Of a DNA stretch of 64,000 nt, positions 45,699 to 58,519 are shown piece by piece (position 1 is the first letter of the stretch; each line of letters begins with the position of its first letter). The position numbers and the translations under genes are program-made. The DNA is from the human T2T-CHM13v2.0 reference genome, Homo sapiens. The stretch lies in NCBI RefSeq assembly GCF_009914755.1, contig NC_060939.1; one strand, given 5' to 3'. The notes under the pieces are model-generated. The model was not told the origin of the DNA, ran no database searches, and was given only the letters and a program-made list of their open reading frames with translations.

Positions 45699-46296
45699 CT
45701 ATTTAGGAAGCAAACCAGACTTCACGTGGTGGAGTAAGAGAGGTGACAGGATGGAGAAGATAGACAATTCAGAAAGTTTAGGGAGTAGGGAGAAGAGTGG
45801 GATGGGCAGTAACTACAGCGCAACACGGGATCAATTAGAGTCTTTGCTTTAAGATGGGAGAAGCATCCCCAGCTGGAGAAGAATCCAAAGGACAGGAGTG
45901 GCTAGGTGCCCAGGAGGAACAAGGGAACTGAGGGAGGGATGGACAAGACAAGAAGACCACTGAACTGGGAGGGATTAAGGCAGGTTCAGCCTCACAACTA
46001 CTTAAGAAACCAGGAGGTTTCCATTTTCTGTGAAGAGGACGTCCTGGCTGGGAGGGAAGGGGTGGAGGCCTGAAATAGCTGCTGAGGGCAGTAAGAAAAA
46101 GAGTTGCCCAGAAGAGGGACGAGTCACTTACCCTCAGTAGAAACTACCTAGAGTCCAATGTCAGGACTGTAGTGAATTCCTAGTGGGAAAAAGTAACTCC
46201 TGGTAACTTTGAATCTCTAGCTTCTAAACCTCCTTTCCCATTGAAAGAAAATGGTTACTTTTGTATGTAATGTGTCTGCGGATAATGTAAGTTGGG

Positions 46297-46579
46297 TTTT
46301 TTTGAGACCGAGTTTCGCTCGTTGCCCAGGCTGGAATGCAGTGGCACGATATCGGCTCACACTGCAACCTCCGTCTCCCAGGTTCAAGCGATTCTCCTGC
46401 CTCAGCCTCCAGAGTAGCTGGAATTACAGGCACCTGCCACGACACCCGGCTGATTTTTTTTTTTTGTATTTTTAGTAGAGACAAGGCCAGCCTGTTCTTG
46501 AACTCCTGGCCTCAGGTGCTCTGCCTGTCTTGGCCTCCCAAAGTGCTGGAAGTACAGGCGTGAGCCACTGCGCCTGGCC
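46297..46579 (-). mobile_element. Alu (S-like)
   Basis: Antisense Alu with small left-arm deletion; TSD taagttgg. Confidence 0.93.
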
Positions 46580-48359
46580 CTAAGTTGGTTTTTTTTTTTC
46601 TTAAGTGAATGCCAGGTATGGTATTCTAGCTATGGTGTTCTAACGGCAACAACAGCTAACATTTCTTGAGAGCTTACTGTGTGCCAGACAGTGCGGCAGG
46701 CACTATTACAACCTCATTTTGCGGAGACAAAAAGGGAAGGTGCCCTGAGAGGGGCGTGCCCAAGTGCCACAGTTGGAAGTGGCGGAAGCAGGACATACCC
46801 CCACGCAGTCTATGTGGGGGAAACCAGGTGCACTGTCCTCTCTCCACAATCTTCCCTGACCCAGCATGCAAAGTGTGCAATGCACTGAAGGATGGGGCCC
46901 TGGGTGACAAGAGTGTGGAGAAGGGGCTGGGGGAACATGGCTGATGGGGGGCCACTGGCACCAGGAACGTTGGAAGGCACCCGTCTGGGGTAGGAGCCTA
47001 GGATTGAGTCCTTATGCTGAGAAGGTTGGAGGGGAGAGAAGCAAGACATAAGGAGAGCAGCTGGAGAAGATGGGATGGGCTGGTTTAAAACAGAAGTCAT
47101 GATTGACCCTCAGTGGAGAGGCCTCACAAAGGTACCAAGGGCATCCTCTCATTCCCCCAAACAAAACTACAAGTATTGAGTATAAAGAAACCTTAATATT
47201 CATCTTTTAATGGCTTTCAAACATTAACAAATAATGAAACTAATTTGTAGGTCCAAGCCAGTCAGTTTTCTTTTTAATGAATAAAAGTGTTTTACATGTA
47301 GTGAGGGAGGAGCATGGTGTCAGGTTTTCACAAAACACAGGAATGCGTGTACATACCAGGGAGTGGAGTAAAATGTATTTCTCACTACTAGGAGCAGAAA
47401 GTTCGAAAGCCACTGATCTAATTCAACACTCCCATTTTAGAATTTTAGAATGGAGAAAACAGAGGCTCAAAGAAGCCAAACAACTTGTCCAACTTACTTA
47501 ATAGCAAAGCCGAGAAGAGCATCCAAGTCTTTAATAGTTCTCTGGTAATTTCCTCACCAAACCAGAATCTCCAAATGTAAATACCTCTGGGAAAAACAGT
47601 GCTGACTTTAATCCACATTAGAGTAAATAACAGTGGAGTAGTAAGTAAGCTGATCTTTTAGATCTGCTGCCTGGAGCAAGTTTTGGTAAAGGAAACAGTA
47701 GCTGAATGAATTCAGGGGGCAGCTGTGGAGCTAAAACAAAATAAATCTGAGGGAAAGCACTGGGTTGCAGGGTGTGGCCCAGCAGGCCCAGGACAGGGCT
47801 TGGTGTGGTAGAATAAAGGGACTTTTATCTTCCTTAGAGTCTGTATATCATCAGGACAACTAGTTCTAGACAAGGAGGCTGCTTCCATGTCTGAGAAGGT
47901 GGCTCAGGGCCATGGTGCTTTGCTCATCTAGTTTCAACAAATTTTATTAAATGAGAAGTTCTGAATAACAGATGCCTTCACAAATCTCTGTCCCTGCCAG
48001 ACTCCATCTCTTTAATGAAAACATCATTGTTGGGTATTTATCATTTGTTGTATAATTCTATTTCAAAGCTATAGAAGATTCAGAGTCAGGTCCATGTTTC
48101 TCTACTTGAAGGCAGTGGTGCTGGGGGACTGGGAGAGGGTAGTTCCTAGGAGACCAGAGAACTAGCTAGAGTAAGGGATGGACTGCCAAAACAAAGAGGA
48201 GGGATGCTGGTGGCAAACATTTCTAAAGGAATGCCTCTCTAGACACCAGAGCTATGAGCCTCCTCTTAAACTAAGTTAGAATTCAGGCCAGACAATTGGG
48301 CCACGTTCATTGGGCCGGGGCCCAATCACCAACAAGCTCCCTGCTCCTTTCCTAAGTGA

Positions 48360-48723
<364 letters not shown>

Positions 48724-48832
48724 TCCAGGAAGTTTTTTATTTCAATGTGATGTAATTAATTTGGACCCAAGCTCTGGGATGGACAGCTCTGAAAGCTCAA
48801 GCAGATGTCTTTCCAATGGTATTGAAGAAGGG

Positions 48833-48979
48833 GGCCAGGCACGCTGGCTCACACCTGTAATCCCAGCGCTTTGGGATGCCAAGGTGGGCAGATCACTTGA
48901 GTCCAGGAGTTTGAGACCAGCCTGGGCAACACGGCAAAACCCCGTCTCTACAAAAATTATAAAATAAATAAATAAAAAA
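48833..48979 (+). mobile_element. Alu left monomer (FLAM-like)
   Basis: Single left arm ending in an A-rich (AAAT)n tail. Confidence 0.9.
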
Positions 48980-49759
48980 GGAAACAAGTCTCATACTGCT
49001 ATGGGGAAAGAAAAAAAAAAAGAAAGATGGCCCACTGTGTAAGTCTAGAGTAAGCCACCTTGAGAGGCTGGTGGTGCAGCAGCAGCAGGAAAGAGGGAAT
49101 TGGGGCTGTGGTGTGCTGTCATAACACAGGCTGCTGTTATGGGGACTAGGATTTGTCCCCTTGAATTTATCTCCTCCTCCCCTTGACCTGGCCAATTTTA
49201 TAACCATTCCTTCCGTTCATTAGCTCAGGCACAAGACGCTAGAGGGAAAAACTTCTGAAACTCAAAGCCACTATGCTGCTGGTTCATTCCCCAGGAAACA
49301 CGCATGGTAGAAAAGCAGCAGGCCAAAAACTAGAGATTCCAGGATTATCTGTCATTTTCAAAGATCTGGGCTCTGAAAGGCTGATGTGAGCCACTGGGTG
49401 CACAGCTGCCCCGCCTTTGGTTCAAGCCTCAAAGCTCTAACCGTTGCAACCCAAAGCTCTTTCTATCTCTGAGATGACATCTAGAACCTAAGAGTGACCA
49501 TTCAACTACAAGATACACAGAAGGCTTTGACATGTTCTGAGTACACAACGAAGAATTTCAGCTGGCTATACAGAACTCTAGACGAGAAGTGCTTCATACT
49601 AAACCAGTAACAAGGATAATTTCTCTTCCTATGGAGGTTCCTGGGTTGAGGCTGATTTCCACTAGGCACCAATTACTTACAGGGCACAGAACACATAAAA
49701 GGACTTAAAAAGACCCTGAGAGTACCACCCAAATATATGGCTTGCCATTTGCTTAAACA

Positions 49760-50240
49760 AAGCAAAACACTAGATCCCGGGGGCCCACCCTCCAATCTAC
49801 TGAACCACCTTTTCAGCAAACCTCTTCTGCAAAGGGGGCAGATAGTAAACTTTATCAAGAGCCAAAATTAAGAACACTACATAGGGACTTTTATAACAAG
49901 AGAAAAATCTAACACATTTCCACAATTCTTTTATTGATAAAGTTCAGAATATATTGAGTACAATTTTTTTTTTGTAACGAGATCTGTTAACGAGACAAGT
50001 GGATTTCTTATTTTTTGGGAGAATAACATTTCAAGTCATTGGGATTCAAAGAGTGTTCCATACCATCAAATTGACTGCAACGTTTATATGTACAAATAAT
50101 TCTTAGCTCATGACTGTACAAAAATTGGGAGCTCAGTTATAGTTTGGTGATTGCTGTGGTACTCCTGTGATTGGGGTGGAGCCCAGGAATCTGCATTTTA
50201 CATGCCTCTCACATGATTCTGGTAATGGGCCATGGACCCA
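49760..50240. mobile_element. MER58-like element nested in a MER5-like element
   Basis: cagcaaac...aaagggggcagatagtaaa (MER58-like) splits gggcccaccc...ctactgaa from gggtggagcccaggaatctgcatttta (MER5-like). Confidence 0.6.
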
Positions 50241-50834
50241 ATGGACTATCCAATCCTCGGAATCTCTGTCCACCAAAGGGGCCTGTGGTTTTGCAGTGCG
50301 AGAACCCGGCTGTGCCACCTACCAGTTGCTCAACCTCTCCAAAAATCAGATGATTCATCCTCACAACAGGGGTGGCATTGCACTGCTTGGCCTACCCTTA
50401 AAGAGTTGCTGGGATGATTAAGTGAGATGATCCATGAGGTGCTATGAGCATACTATGTCCCAGATACTAAAGACATGCCAGTTATGTTGAGTTTTTTTGG
50501 CTGCAGATGCAGACTGCCTGAGCAGCTCCTGCTTGTCTTCTCCTTACTCAAAATGTGTCCCCCAGCACCTTAAAGGCCAGATCCACTTCAACCTAACCCA
50601 CTGTGATGTGCTAAAGCAAACTCAGTGCAAGGCTTCATAAAATGATAATCCACAGCCCCTGGTCCTGAACCTCCTGGCCCTCTAATATCTCCAACCAGGA
50701 TGCTATCCACTCTTCATTTCAGCGTCTTCAATAATAGAAAACTCATTCTCTTTCTACGGTGGCACCACTCCAAAGCTGGAGAAGAAAAAGCTCTTCCTTA
50801 CAGTATCTTAAGAAAAAAAGGGTGTTTCAAAGGA

Positions 50835-51080
50835 GGCAGTAGAGTGTAGAGGTTGAGTATGCAGACTGGCTGAGTTTGAATCCTGGTTCTGCCACTCACT
50901 GGTCACATGATAACCCCTGTATGCCTCAATTTCCATATGCACAATGACGATGATAATAATAATACCTACCTCATAGTGCTGTTGTGGGGACTAAATTAGT
51001 TGATACATGTAATCCACTTAAGAAATGTGCCAGACACAGCGTGGTTGCTATGTAAGCACTAGCTAATATTGTTATTATCC
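50835..51080 (+). mobile_element. MIR
   Basis: gagtttgaatcctggttctgccactcact...gcctcaatttcc...aatacctacctcatag. Confidence 0.8.
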
Positions 51081-54000
51081 TAAACCATGGAGGAGCTCAA
51101 AGTAATGCCTGGAAGCACCCTGATATGTCTCCGAGACTAAAACTGTCATATAGACAGCATATACTGAGGGCCATATCAAACCAATTTTGTCATCATTTAC
51201 TGATTAAATAGGATTATTCCGTTTTACAGGTGAAGAAACAAAGCTTCAAAAAGGTAGGTTAAGCTCACCAGCCCAAGGTCACAAGGGCAGGTAAACGTAT
51301 CCTACCTCCTTGTGGCAGGAGGAATTCAAACCCAGGTCTGTGTAATTCCTAAGCCCATCTTCATCATGGAGCCCCTCAGACTCGAAACTACTATCAGCAG
51401 CAGAACTCAACTGACTATGACCACAGGGGAACTCAGGCTCAATTTTCTGCCTGCGAGTTCCTGGTTGGCTTGCATAAACTGTAGTTAATATCATGCTACT
51501 TGAACCCAATTAGGCAGTAAGTCAGCCTGGAAAACATCATGCGATGTATTCCAAAGGTCAAAGTAAAAGCTGGCTTCCAAGGCAGCCTCTGCTGGACACT
51601 GCCATGAAAGTTAGTTTCTGCACAGATACCAGAGTTCAGCTCGTGAGGTGCTTAACCAGCACCTATATCGGCTTTTTAAAATTCTCAGAGATGCCAGCAT
51701 CGGAGGACCCGACGCGACGAATTGCCTGGCTCCTAAGTCAACATCCGGAGAAAGGCGGTTTACTTTTTTCAAAAGCAAACCTTCATCCCTCTCTTTCGCT
51801 TTAGGATCTCATTACTATTGTAGCTGCCTTCTCCCAGGCAAAAATAAAAGGGGGAAGGAGCAGGTTTAGACCGAGGAGGAGGGTTCCCCTAGCCTGCAGG
51901 GCGCTGCAACATCCACCTGAAACACGGAGCTCGACCTACCTTCCCGGAGAGCCCAGCCCGGGAGGGCGTTTCCCCAACGGATCGACAACTCTTCCCTCCC
52001 GGGGAACAGGCTGCTGTCCTTGGCTTCAGTCAGGGCCACTAGAGTCGCGTGCGCGACACCCCTCACCCCCGCCAAAAGAACCTCATGTTTAATGTTCCCC
52101 TTACTCTATCACTTCCGCCGAAAGAGCAAACACCAGAGCGATCGGTTAGTCCTTAAGGCCACATTTAACTACGTCTGAGCGCCTGCAGGAGGAACGGCGA
52201 AACCCCGGAGAGGAGGGCGGGGGAGGCAGGGAGCGCGTGGGGGGGGCATTTGCACAGAGGATCGTCGTCCTCCCGGCGCCGCGGCCGCCGTGACTCTCCA
52301 GCACAGCCTCAGGCCGTTGGCGCGGGGCGGAAACCCCCATCGGGGCTCATAGCACAACTGGGGGTCCCCAAAGCCGGCTCCCCCTGCCTCCTCCGCGCGG
52401 GAGGCCGTCGGGGTGACGGCGCAAGACTCCGCTCCCCCCGCCCCCCACAGCGACAACAGCCACGGTGACAAAATGGCAGCCCGGCGCCCGGCAGTCGTGC
52501 CACAGGCGCGCAGGGCCCTGGAGGCGGCTCCTGCCCCCCAGTAACGCCTCGGCGCCCTTCGGGCTCAGCCCCGAGTGGGCCTAGCCGTTAAAAAAAATAA
52601 ATAAATAAAAATAAATAAATAAAACACCTGGAACTCAAAACCAGCCTAGAAAGCCACAAGGCCGGCCCCGCGCGTACTGCACCCCCGCCGCCCGCCTGCC
52701 AGCGCCCCGCGCCACATGGAGCCCGGAGCCCGCATTCCGAGCCCTGCGCCCCGCGCCGGGGAGGAGGGGCGGGGCGTGCGGCGCGAGCCCCGGGAAACAT
52801 GGCTGCTCGTCCTATTTCGGCGTCGCGGCATGGCCACCAGCTCCCGGAGCCCAGTTGGGAGAGGTGCCGAAGGTGGGTGTGTGGGGGGCCCAGGGGCAGC
52901 GCGGCGGGGAGGGGCGCAGGGGGCGCGCTCCGGGAGCCATTTGTCTTAAGAACGTTTAAAAAAATACAGTTCCTCCTCCCCCAACCCTTTTGTCCCTCTT
53001 TCGCTAGCTTTCTCCCCCTCCCCCGCAAATGTGCAGAAAGTGCCCCCTCCTCCGCCACCCGCGCCCCACCCCGCCTCCAGGCAGGGGGCAGGCGTGTGGG
53101 CCGCGAGGCTGGGAGGCGAGGGGGCGAAGCGTGAGAAATCGCTCCCAGTACGGCGCGGTGCGCTCCCCTCCCCAACACACACACACACTCGTGGAAGTTT
53201 AAAGAGCCGGTTCGACCCGCTTTCCTGCTTGCTCCCGGGGGGCCGGCAGCGTCGGTCGGGTTCGCCAGGCCAGCCGCGCCCCCGCACCCACCCGCGGCGA
53301 CCCCGGCCCCGCGCTTGGCGCCCTTCCCCCTCCGCGCAGGGGGCTTCCGGAAAGTACGCGGGAAGACCGCGGCCCCGGCCCCCTCCCCCATCACCACACC
53401 CAGCCCCCAAACGCTAGGCGCCGGGTCCCGGCCGGGACGAAAGCGGCCGGAGAGAGGCAAACCGCCCGCAAATAGTGCGCGGAAACTCCGGCCTCCACCG
53501 GCGGCGCCCCCTCCTCTCCCGCGGCCGCCCCCTCCCCGCCCTGCGCGCCATAAGGCACTCGCACGTCTCCAGTCCACAGCTGCGTTAAGGCGGGGAGGGG
53601 GTAGACAAAAAGGATCTTGTTTTCAAAAGTCTCACTCAGGTTTGGGGGAGGAACTAGGGAAAAGAGGAAGCGAGGCCTGCCTTCGCCGGGATTCGGGTTT
53701 AACGGGCTAGAGGGGCGACAGGCCAGCGCACGGTGCTGCCCAAACTCCCAACTCCATGGAGCTCGGGCCACCGAGACTGGGGGCGTCCTCCCGCCAGCGC
53801 GTCCCCGGTCCCCCCAAGGGGCCAAGAGGGGAGCTGGCCAGGGTCTCCGCCCCAGAGCCGCCAACTCGCCGAAAACACTCAGGTTTGAAAGCGAGAGGGA
53901 GGCAGAAATAAAAACCAGCGTTCGAGTCACCCACCCTCACCTTCCCCCTCCTCAGGGGTAAGCTTTCGCTCGAGCCTCGCGATTCCCACCCGTGTAAGTT

Positions 54001-55187
54001 TCCTCCGGCCGTGCTCCCGCCGCTGCCCAATCAATAACGGCGGCTAGCGGGCAAACTCCCATCCTAGAGCTGCGTGTTTGCCATGCCCGCATAAACGTGG
54101 ACCCAGCCAGTACCCACCACGGGCGCCAGCTCCGGGCAGCTCGCGTCCTGACAAAGTTTCCCGTGCCCATTTATTAAGCAGGCGCCGAATGGCTGCCGAC
54201 AAGCCCAGCACTGAGAAAGACGGGCCGGGGGTTCGAGCTGGGGGGCACCAGGGCCCAAAGGCTGGCATCTTGGGGAAGCCGGAAGGAGCTGGGGCGAGGG
54301 GGCACCGGGACGTAGCCTTTGGGCAACTTGCACCAGCGATCGCTGGAGGCAGGGAGACGCGGGGATTATCTGTGCCTTAGCACGTTCGAAAATCCCTCCC
54401 CCTCCTTCTAATTTATCCTCCCTTCGGAAGGAAAGGAAGAAACATCAGCATCTGGCCCGAAGGTGGGGTGGAAAGAGTGAGGGAGAAAGAGGAGGAGAGG
54501 AAGGGAGGCAGAGAAAGGGAGGGAGGGAGAGAAAGGGCGCGTTCACGAACACTACAAAGTTACAAATATGGCTCCCCCGTCTCTCGCCTCATCACTGCAA
54601 AGAAATGAAGACGCACTTTAAACTCCAGCCATTCCCAACTCCGCTGCAGCCCCCTCCCCACGCGCTCTCCCCGGGGGCCTCGGCCCACATTTATCAGAAA
54701 CTAAACCGGACTCGCGAAGCCCCAAACTTATTGTGTGTGCGAGCGAGCGAGCGAGAGAAAGGGAGGGGGGAGGCGCGGGAGGGGGGCGGAAGGGGGGATA
54801 CATTTATAAAATGTAAAACCCCCTTTTTTTGTTGTTAAATCCAGGAGGCAGCCCCTCTCCTCCTCCTCCCTCGTTAATCTTCCCCCCAGACGGAGTCACG
54901 GGAGCAGCGATCTCCGAGGGTGATTTCGCCTCATTCTCTCCGACCCAAACGCGTGCGCCCGCCGGCCCCCGATGGGTGCACACTCGCACGCACACTCTCG
55001 CACCCACACTCGCACACGCGGGAGCACACGCACAGGTAGTCACACACCAAGGGCAGCGGCGGCGGCAGCCGGAACATGCTCGGATGGCATTGCAACCCCC
55101 CAGCCTTGCCAATTCGCTTGCAGTCCGACCCCCAAACCCGCACCTCCCGGGCGCCCCCCCCAAAAAAAAGTGCCTCCCCCCAGCGCG

Positions 55188-55209
55188 CACACACACACAC
55201 ACACACACA
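55188..55209. repeat. (CA)11 microsatellite, preceded by GCGCG
   Basis: Read directly; lies 45 nt into intron 1. Confidence 0.95.
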
Positions 55210-55254
55210 AAGTAGGAGAATGGACCGACAGAGATATTTTTGGCAAATGCTCAC

Positions 55255-55308
55255 ATCAGAGGGCGTCCTGTTCCGCAGCTCTAAATGAATCCGTCTGCCC
55301 ATCTCCAT
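55255..55308 (-). CDS. ANP32A: ANP32A coding exon 1 (M1-D18)
   Basis: ATG at 55308-55306 in strong context (GAGATGG). Encodes MEMGRRIHLELRNRTPSD; donor GAT|GTGAGC; 54 nt. Confidence 0.98.
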
Positions 55309-55499
55309 CTCTCGCGCTCTCTCTCTGCAGAGGCTCCCGCGCCGGCGGAATTCAATCAATAAACCCCGAACCCACGGCCGCGCGTTTTAGGACTTTGAAG
55401 GCTCAACCAGCTCCGCTCGGTTCTCGAGCCCCCAGCACCCGCGGCGCACACTAACCTGATCGCCGTGGAGGCGGGATCTGCGGCCCCATGGACGAGCGG

Positions 55500-55630
55500 C
55501 AGCGGCCCGAGCCAATCGCCGCCGAGGGTCTCCGGGCAACAGCCAATGGCAGTGGCGGCGGGGGGGGGAAGGGACCAATGGGCGGGCTGCGCAGCCGGCC
55601 AGGGAGGCTCGGCCATTTGGTAGTGGTGCC
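55500..55630 (-). promoter_or_regulatory. ANP32A core promoter: TATA-less, three CCAAT boxes
   Basis: CCAAT at 55512, 55543 and 55575 (spacing 31 and 32 bp); GC boxes further upstream (e.g. GGGGCGGGG near 55794); ~200-270 bp upstream of the ATG. Confidence 0.8.
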
Positions 55631-58519
55631 GGAGACGGACCCCTTTAGATTTCGGGGCGGCTGAGGAGCGCGGCGGCTGCTCTGTGGCTGAGTGAGGGGG
55701 GTGGGCGGAATGGCGGGGGAAGGGAAGGTGACTGTGCCTCGAGGGCCGAGCCGCCCGGCCTTGCCAGCCAGCCGCCGCCTCAGCGTTCGGCCGGGGGCGG
55801 GGCCGCAGGTGCGTTCTGCGAGGGGGAGGGGCGCGGCCGGAGGGGTCGGGTCGGGGTCCCCGCCCGGCCGAGGGCTTCGCGGGGCGGCGCGACGGGGTTG
55901 CGGAAGGAGGCGGGCGGCTTGAGGTCCGGGGACCGCGGGCTGCCCAGCGGGAGGGCAGATGAAAGGCCTGGAAGGAGGAGAGGGGTCAGGGTGCAATGCC
56001 GGGAGGGGCTCGTCGGGTCCCGGGTCCGGCGGCTCGCGCTGGGGAGCGTGGCTGCCCCCGTCACCCCCACCGCGGCTGCCCAGCCCGCGCGCCCCTTCCC
56101 CTCCGGCCTCGTCCCTGTCAGGCCGCCACCATCGCCACCCTCGTATACATAAGTCAGTAAAAGCAAGATGCTTCCACTTTTGGATGACTTACCGCGCGGT
56201 CGCGACCCTTCCCACGAAGAGGCTTTTCACTTTGCTGTCATATTAGGTCAGCTTGGAAGAAGTGATCACCAAGAGACACCCAAGATCTTGTTTAGGCAAT
56301 AAATGAATGAAGACCATGGATTAAGAACCGTTGCTAGATATGTAGAATATTAAAAGGTGGAAAAGGAAGGTGCTCATAACTCCTGGTTTTCTGGACCAAA
56401 CATAATTTCTGGGCTTTATAGACCTAGTGAAAGAGAACGGCGCACGGTTTATTCTAATCGTCCACCTGAGTCATTCGGTTCGGTTGGGGTTGCCAAGGAG
56501 GCTCTAACTGGAGCCCTTTCTCCTGGTTTTTCGGCGTGGTTGCCTTGGGTATTTTTGAATCACATTAAGTTTTAAGAGACCTTAAAGCCCCGCTGCCCAC
56601 TGGGTTACCGACTTACGGCACTAAGTTGGCTGCCTGTGGCTGTTAATAAACCACGGGGATTGTTGTCAACGAGGACAGATACATCCTTACCTTTCCACAC
56701 GACTGTATTTTAGTGTTTGTTTCTACATGTCTGCACTCTTCCCCACACGCCTCAAGGTAGTTTTTCTGGATACATATGTTTATTTTTCAGGAACAGGAGT
56801 TCAAAGGAGAGATAAGCCAGTATGTATGTTGCAAAGTTAAAATACTGTTGCATAATAGCAATCCAGTTTCATTCTTAGACATATGAAGTTGAGGAGGAAA
56901 TAAAAAGTGACAATGTAAATAAAACACATACAGAATGCTTACACTGGGGAAGAAGCTGTAGTAACTTTAATATTGCAACCTGATGGATTGCAAGTGTAAA
57001 GCCCTGCAACTAAGGATTTTACTCAGTAAATTCTTTCAGATAAAATGATAAATGGAATTTGAAGTCTGATGTTTACTCTGATTAGGTGGGAAATGCACCA
57101 TAAAAGTTAGAAGTCATTGTTTTATTTTATCTGGGTATAAATAGTATAATTTATTTAACTTGTTGACTTGCCTGTCATCCTCAGATTTTGTTAATCTTAT
57201 TGAAGCCTATTTGTATAGTTGGAATTTATTCTAAGTTTTATTGGCTTCTTTGTAATACATGAGGAACCCCAAATTTCCTATTTATGCCATTGAGACAGTT
57301 GTTATTTCTGGATATGGTGTTTAGGATTGTATTCAAACAGAACTCTTATCAAAACAGGTCAATATGGTGTGTATGATCTGTGTAACATAGGAGTCCTGAA
57401 GTTTGTGTTCTCTTTGATGGTAAATGTTCATTTTCAATTTAAAAGTTTAACCACAGTTAAGACCACGCTGCTAGCAATGCAATATGAGACAGTGTCTTTC
57501 CAGAGGAGTAATCCCTTAAAAACCAACCAATCAAATGCAGAGATATGCCCCATCCAGCTTTGCTAAATGGAAGCAAATAGCTCACTTTATTGTACAAAGA
57601 CTCAAGAGGAAGACTTAGAAGCCCACCCCCTCCCCCATTAAAGAGAAAGTACAGAAACAAATTAGAATCGAAAAAATCATGGCCTGATTACTAAATCAAA
57701 ACGTTAAATGTGACAGTTGTTTTTAGAAGCATCTTACATTTATACATTTTGATGACTTTTGTATTAGTGTTAGAAAATTGAAAGAAGGCTTCACTGGATG
57801 TCAGTCGTTACAGAAATTGAAATATCCAAAAGTATATGTATAACCAATTGAGTAATTTCCGCTTTCCTTACATACTTGAAATAAATTTTCTTTTGCTTTT
57901 ACAAATAGATCTATATGTAAGAAAATTTTCATATGATTTTGCTTTTTTATTATTAAAAAAGGAATATAGTAAAGCCAAAGCTGAGCTGTATTTGCCCCAC
58001 ACAACATGACCAAATATAAAAAAAACCACTGCTCTTACAAATATCTTATTTTACAAAGTTGTTTTTTAAATTACATTTTATTGTATATTATAGTAGTAAA
58101 TAAGTGTTCTAAGTGGCACTGCATTTCAGAAAATATAGAAAGAAATCCCATATCAAGGAATCTTGGCTGAATTTTGAAACGGAGTTGGGAACAGGTAAGA
58201 GTTCCTATCTACTGAGTAATTCTACAACAGGAATTGTGTTTGAAAGATGTAGAGTCTCTAACCTCTGAAACTAGGTTTGAGTCACACTGAGAAGAATAAA
58301 TGAGATACAATTCAAAGTTTAACCCCCTAGAGAGATAGATGGCCCAGGAAGGAAAGATCTTCCCGCCTTCCAGAATATCCTCCATCAAGAACCATTCCAA
58401 ATAAATGAGCAGCCTATTTTGTTCTCAAAGACATGAACAATGAGTGTCCTTAGGCTCTTTTGAAATGTGTAGGAGAGTACTGTTTTACAAATAACCATAT
58501 CGTTACTATTGCCATTTTA

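Larger units (their letters stand above)
51900..56210. promoter_or_regulatory. CpG island over promoter, exon 1 and proximal intron 1
   Basis: Abrupt switch to very GC-rich, CpG-dense, repeat-free sequence compared with the CpG-depleted flanks. Confidence 0.92.

Noticed and set aside
55309-55389. In-frame upstream TTG (55359) giving a 17-aa N-terminal extension
   Set aside because: Near-cognate codon in poor context, the main ATG context is strong, and the frame closes at TAA 55389-55387. Nothing supports it without ribosome profiling.
52146-56246. Many long ORFs (up to 329 aa, e.g. 52588-53577) in the CpG island
   Set aside because: They are G/A/R/P-rich and overlap on both strands, as expected from stop-codon scarcity in GC-rich DNA, and show no recognisable domain.
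56780-58200. Possible + strand lncRNA exons (TTTTCAG| at about 56790; CAG|GTAAGA at about 58195)
   Set aside because: Isolated splice-like motifs are frequent in AT-rich DNA, and I could not build a supported exon chain.
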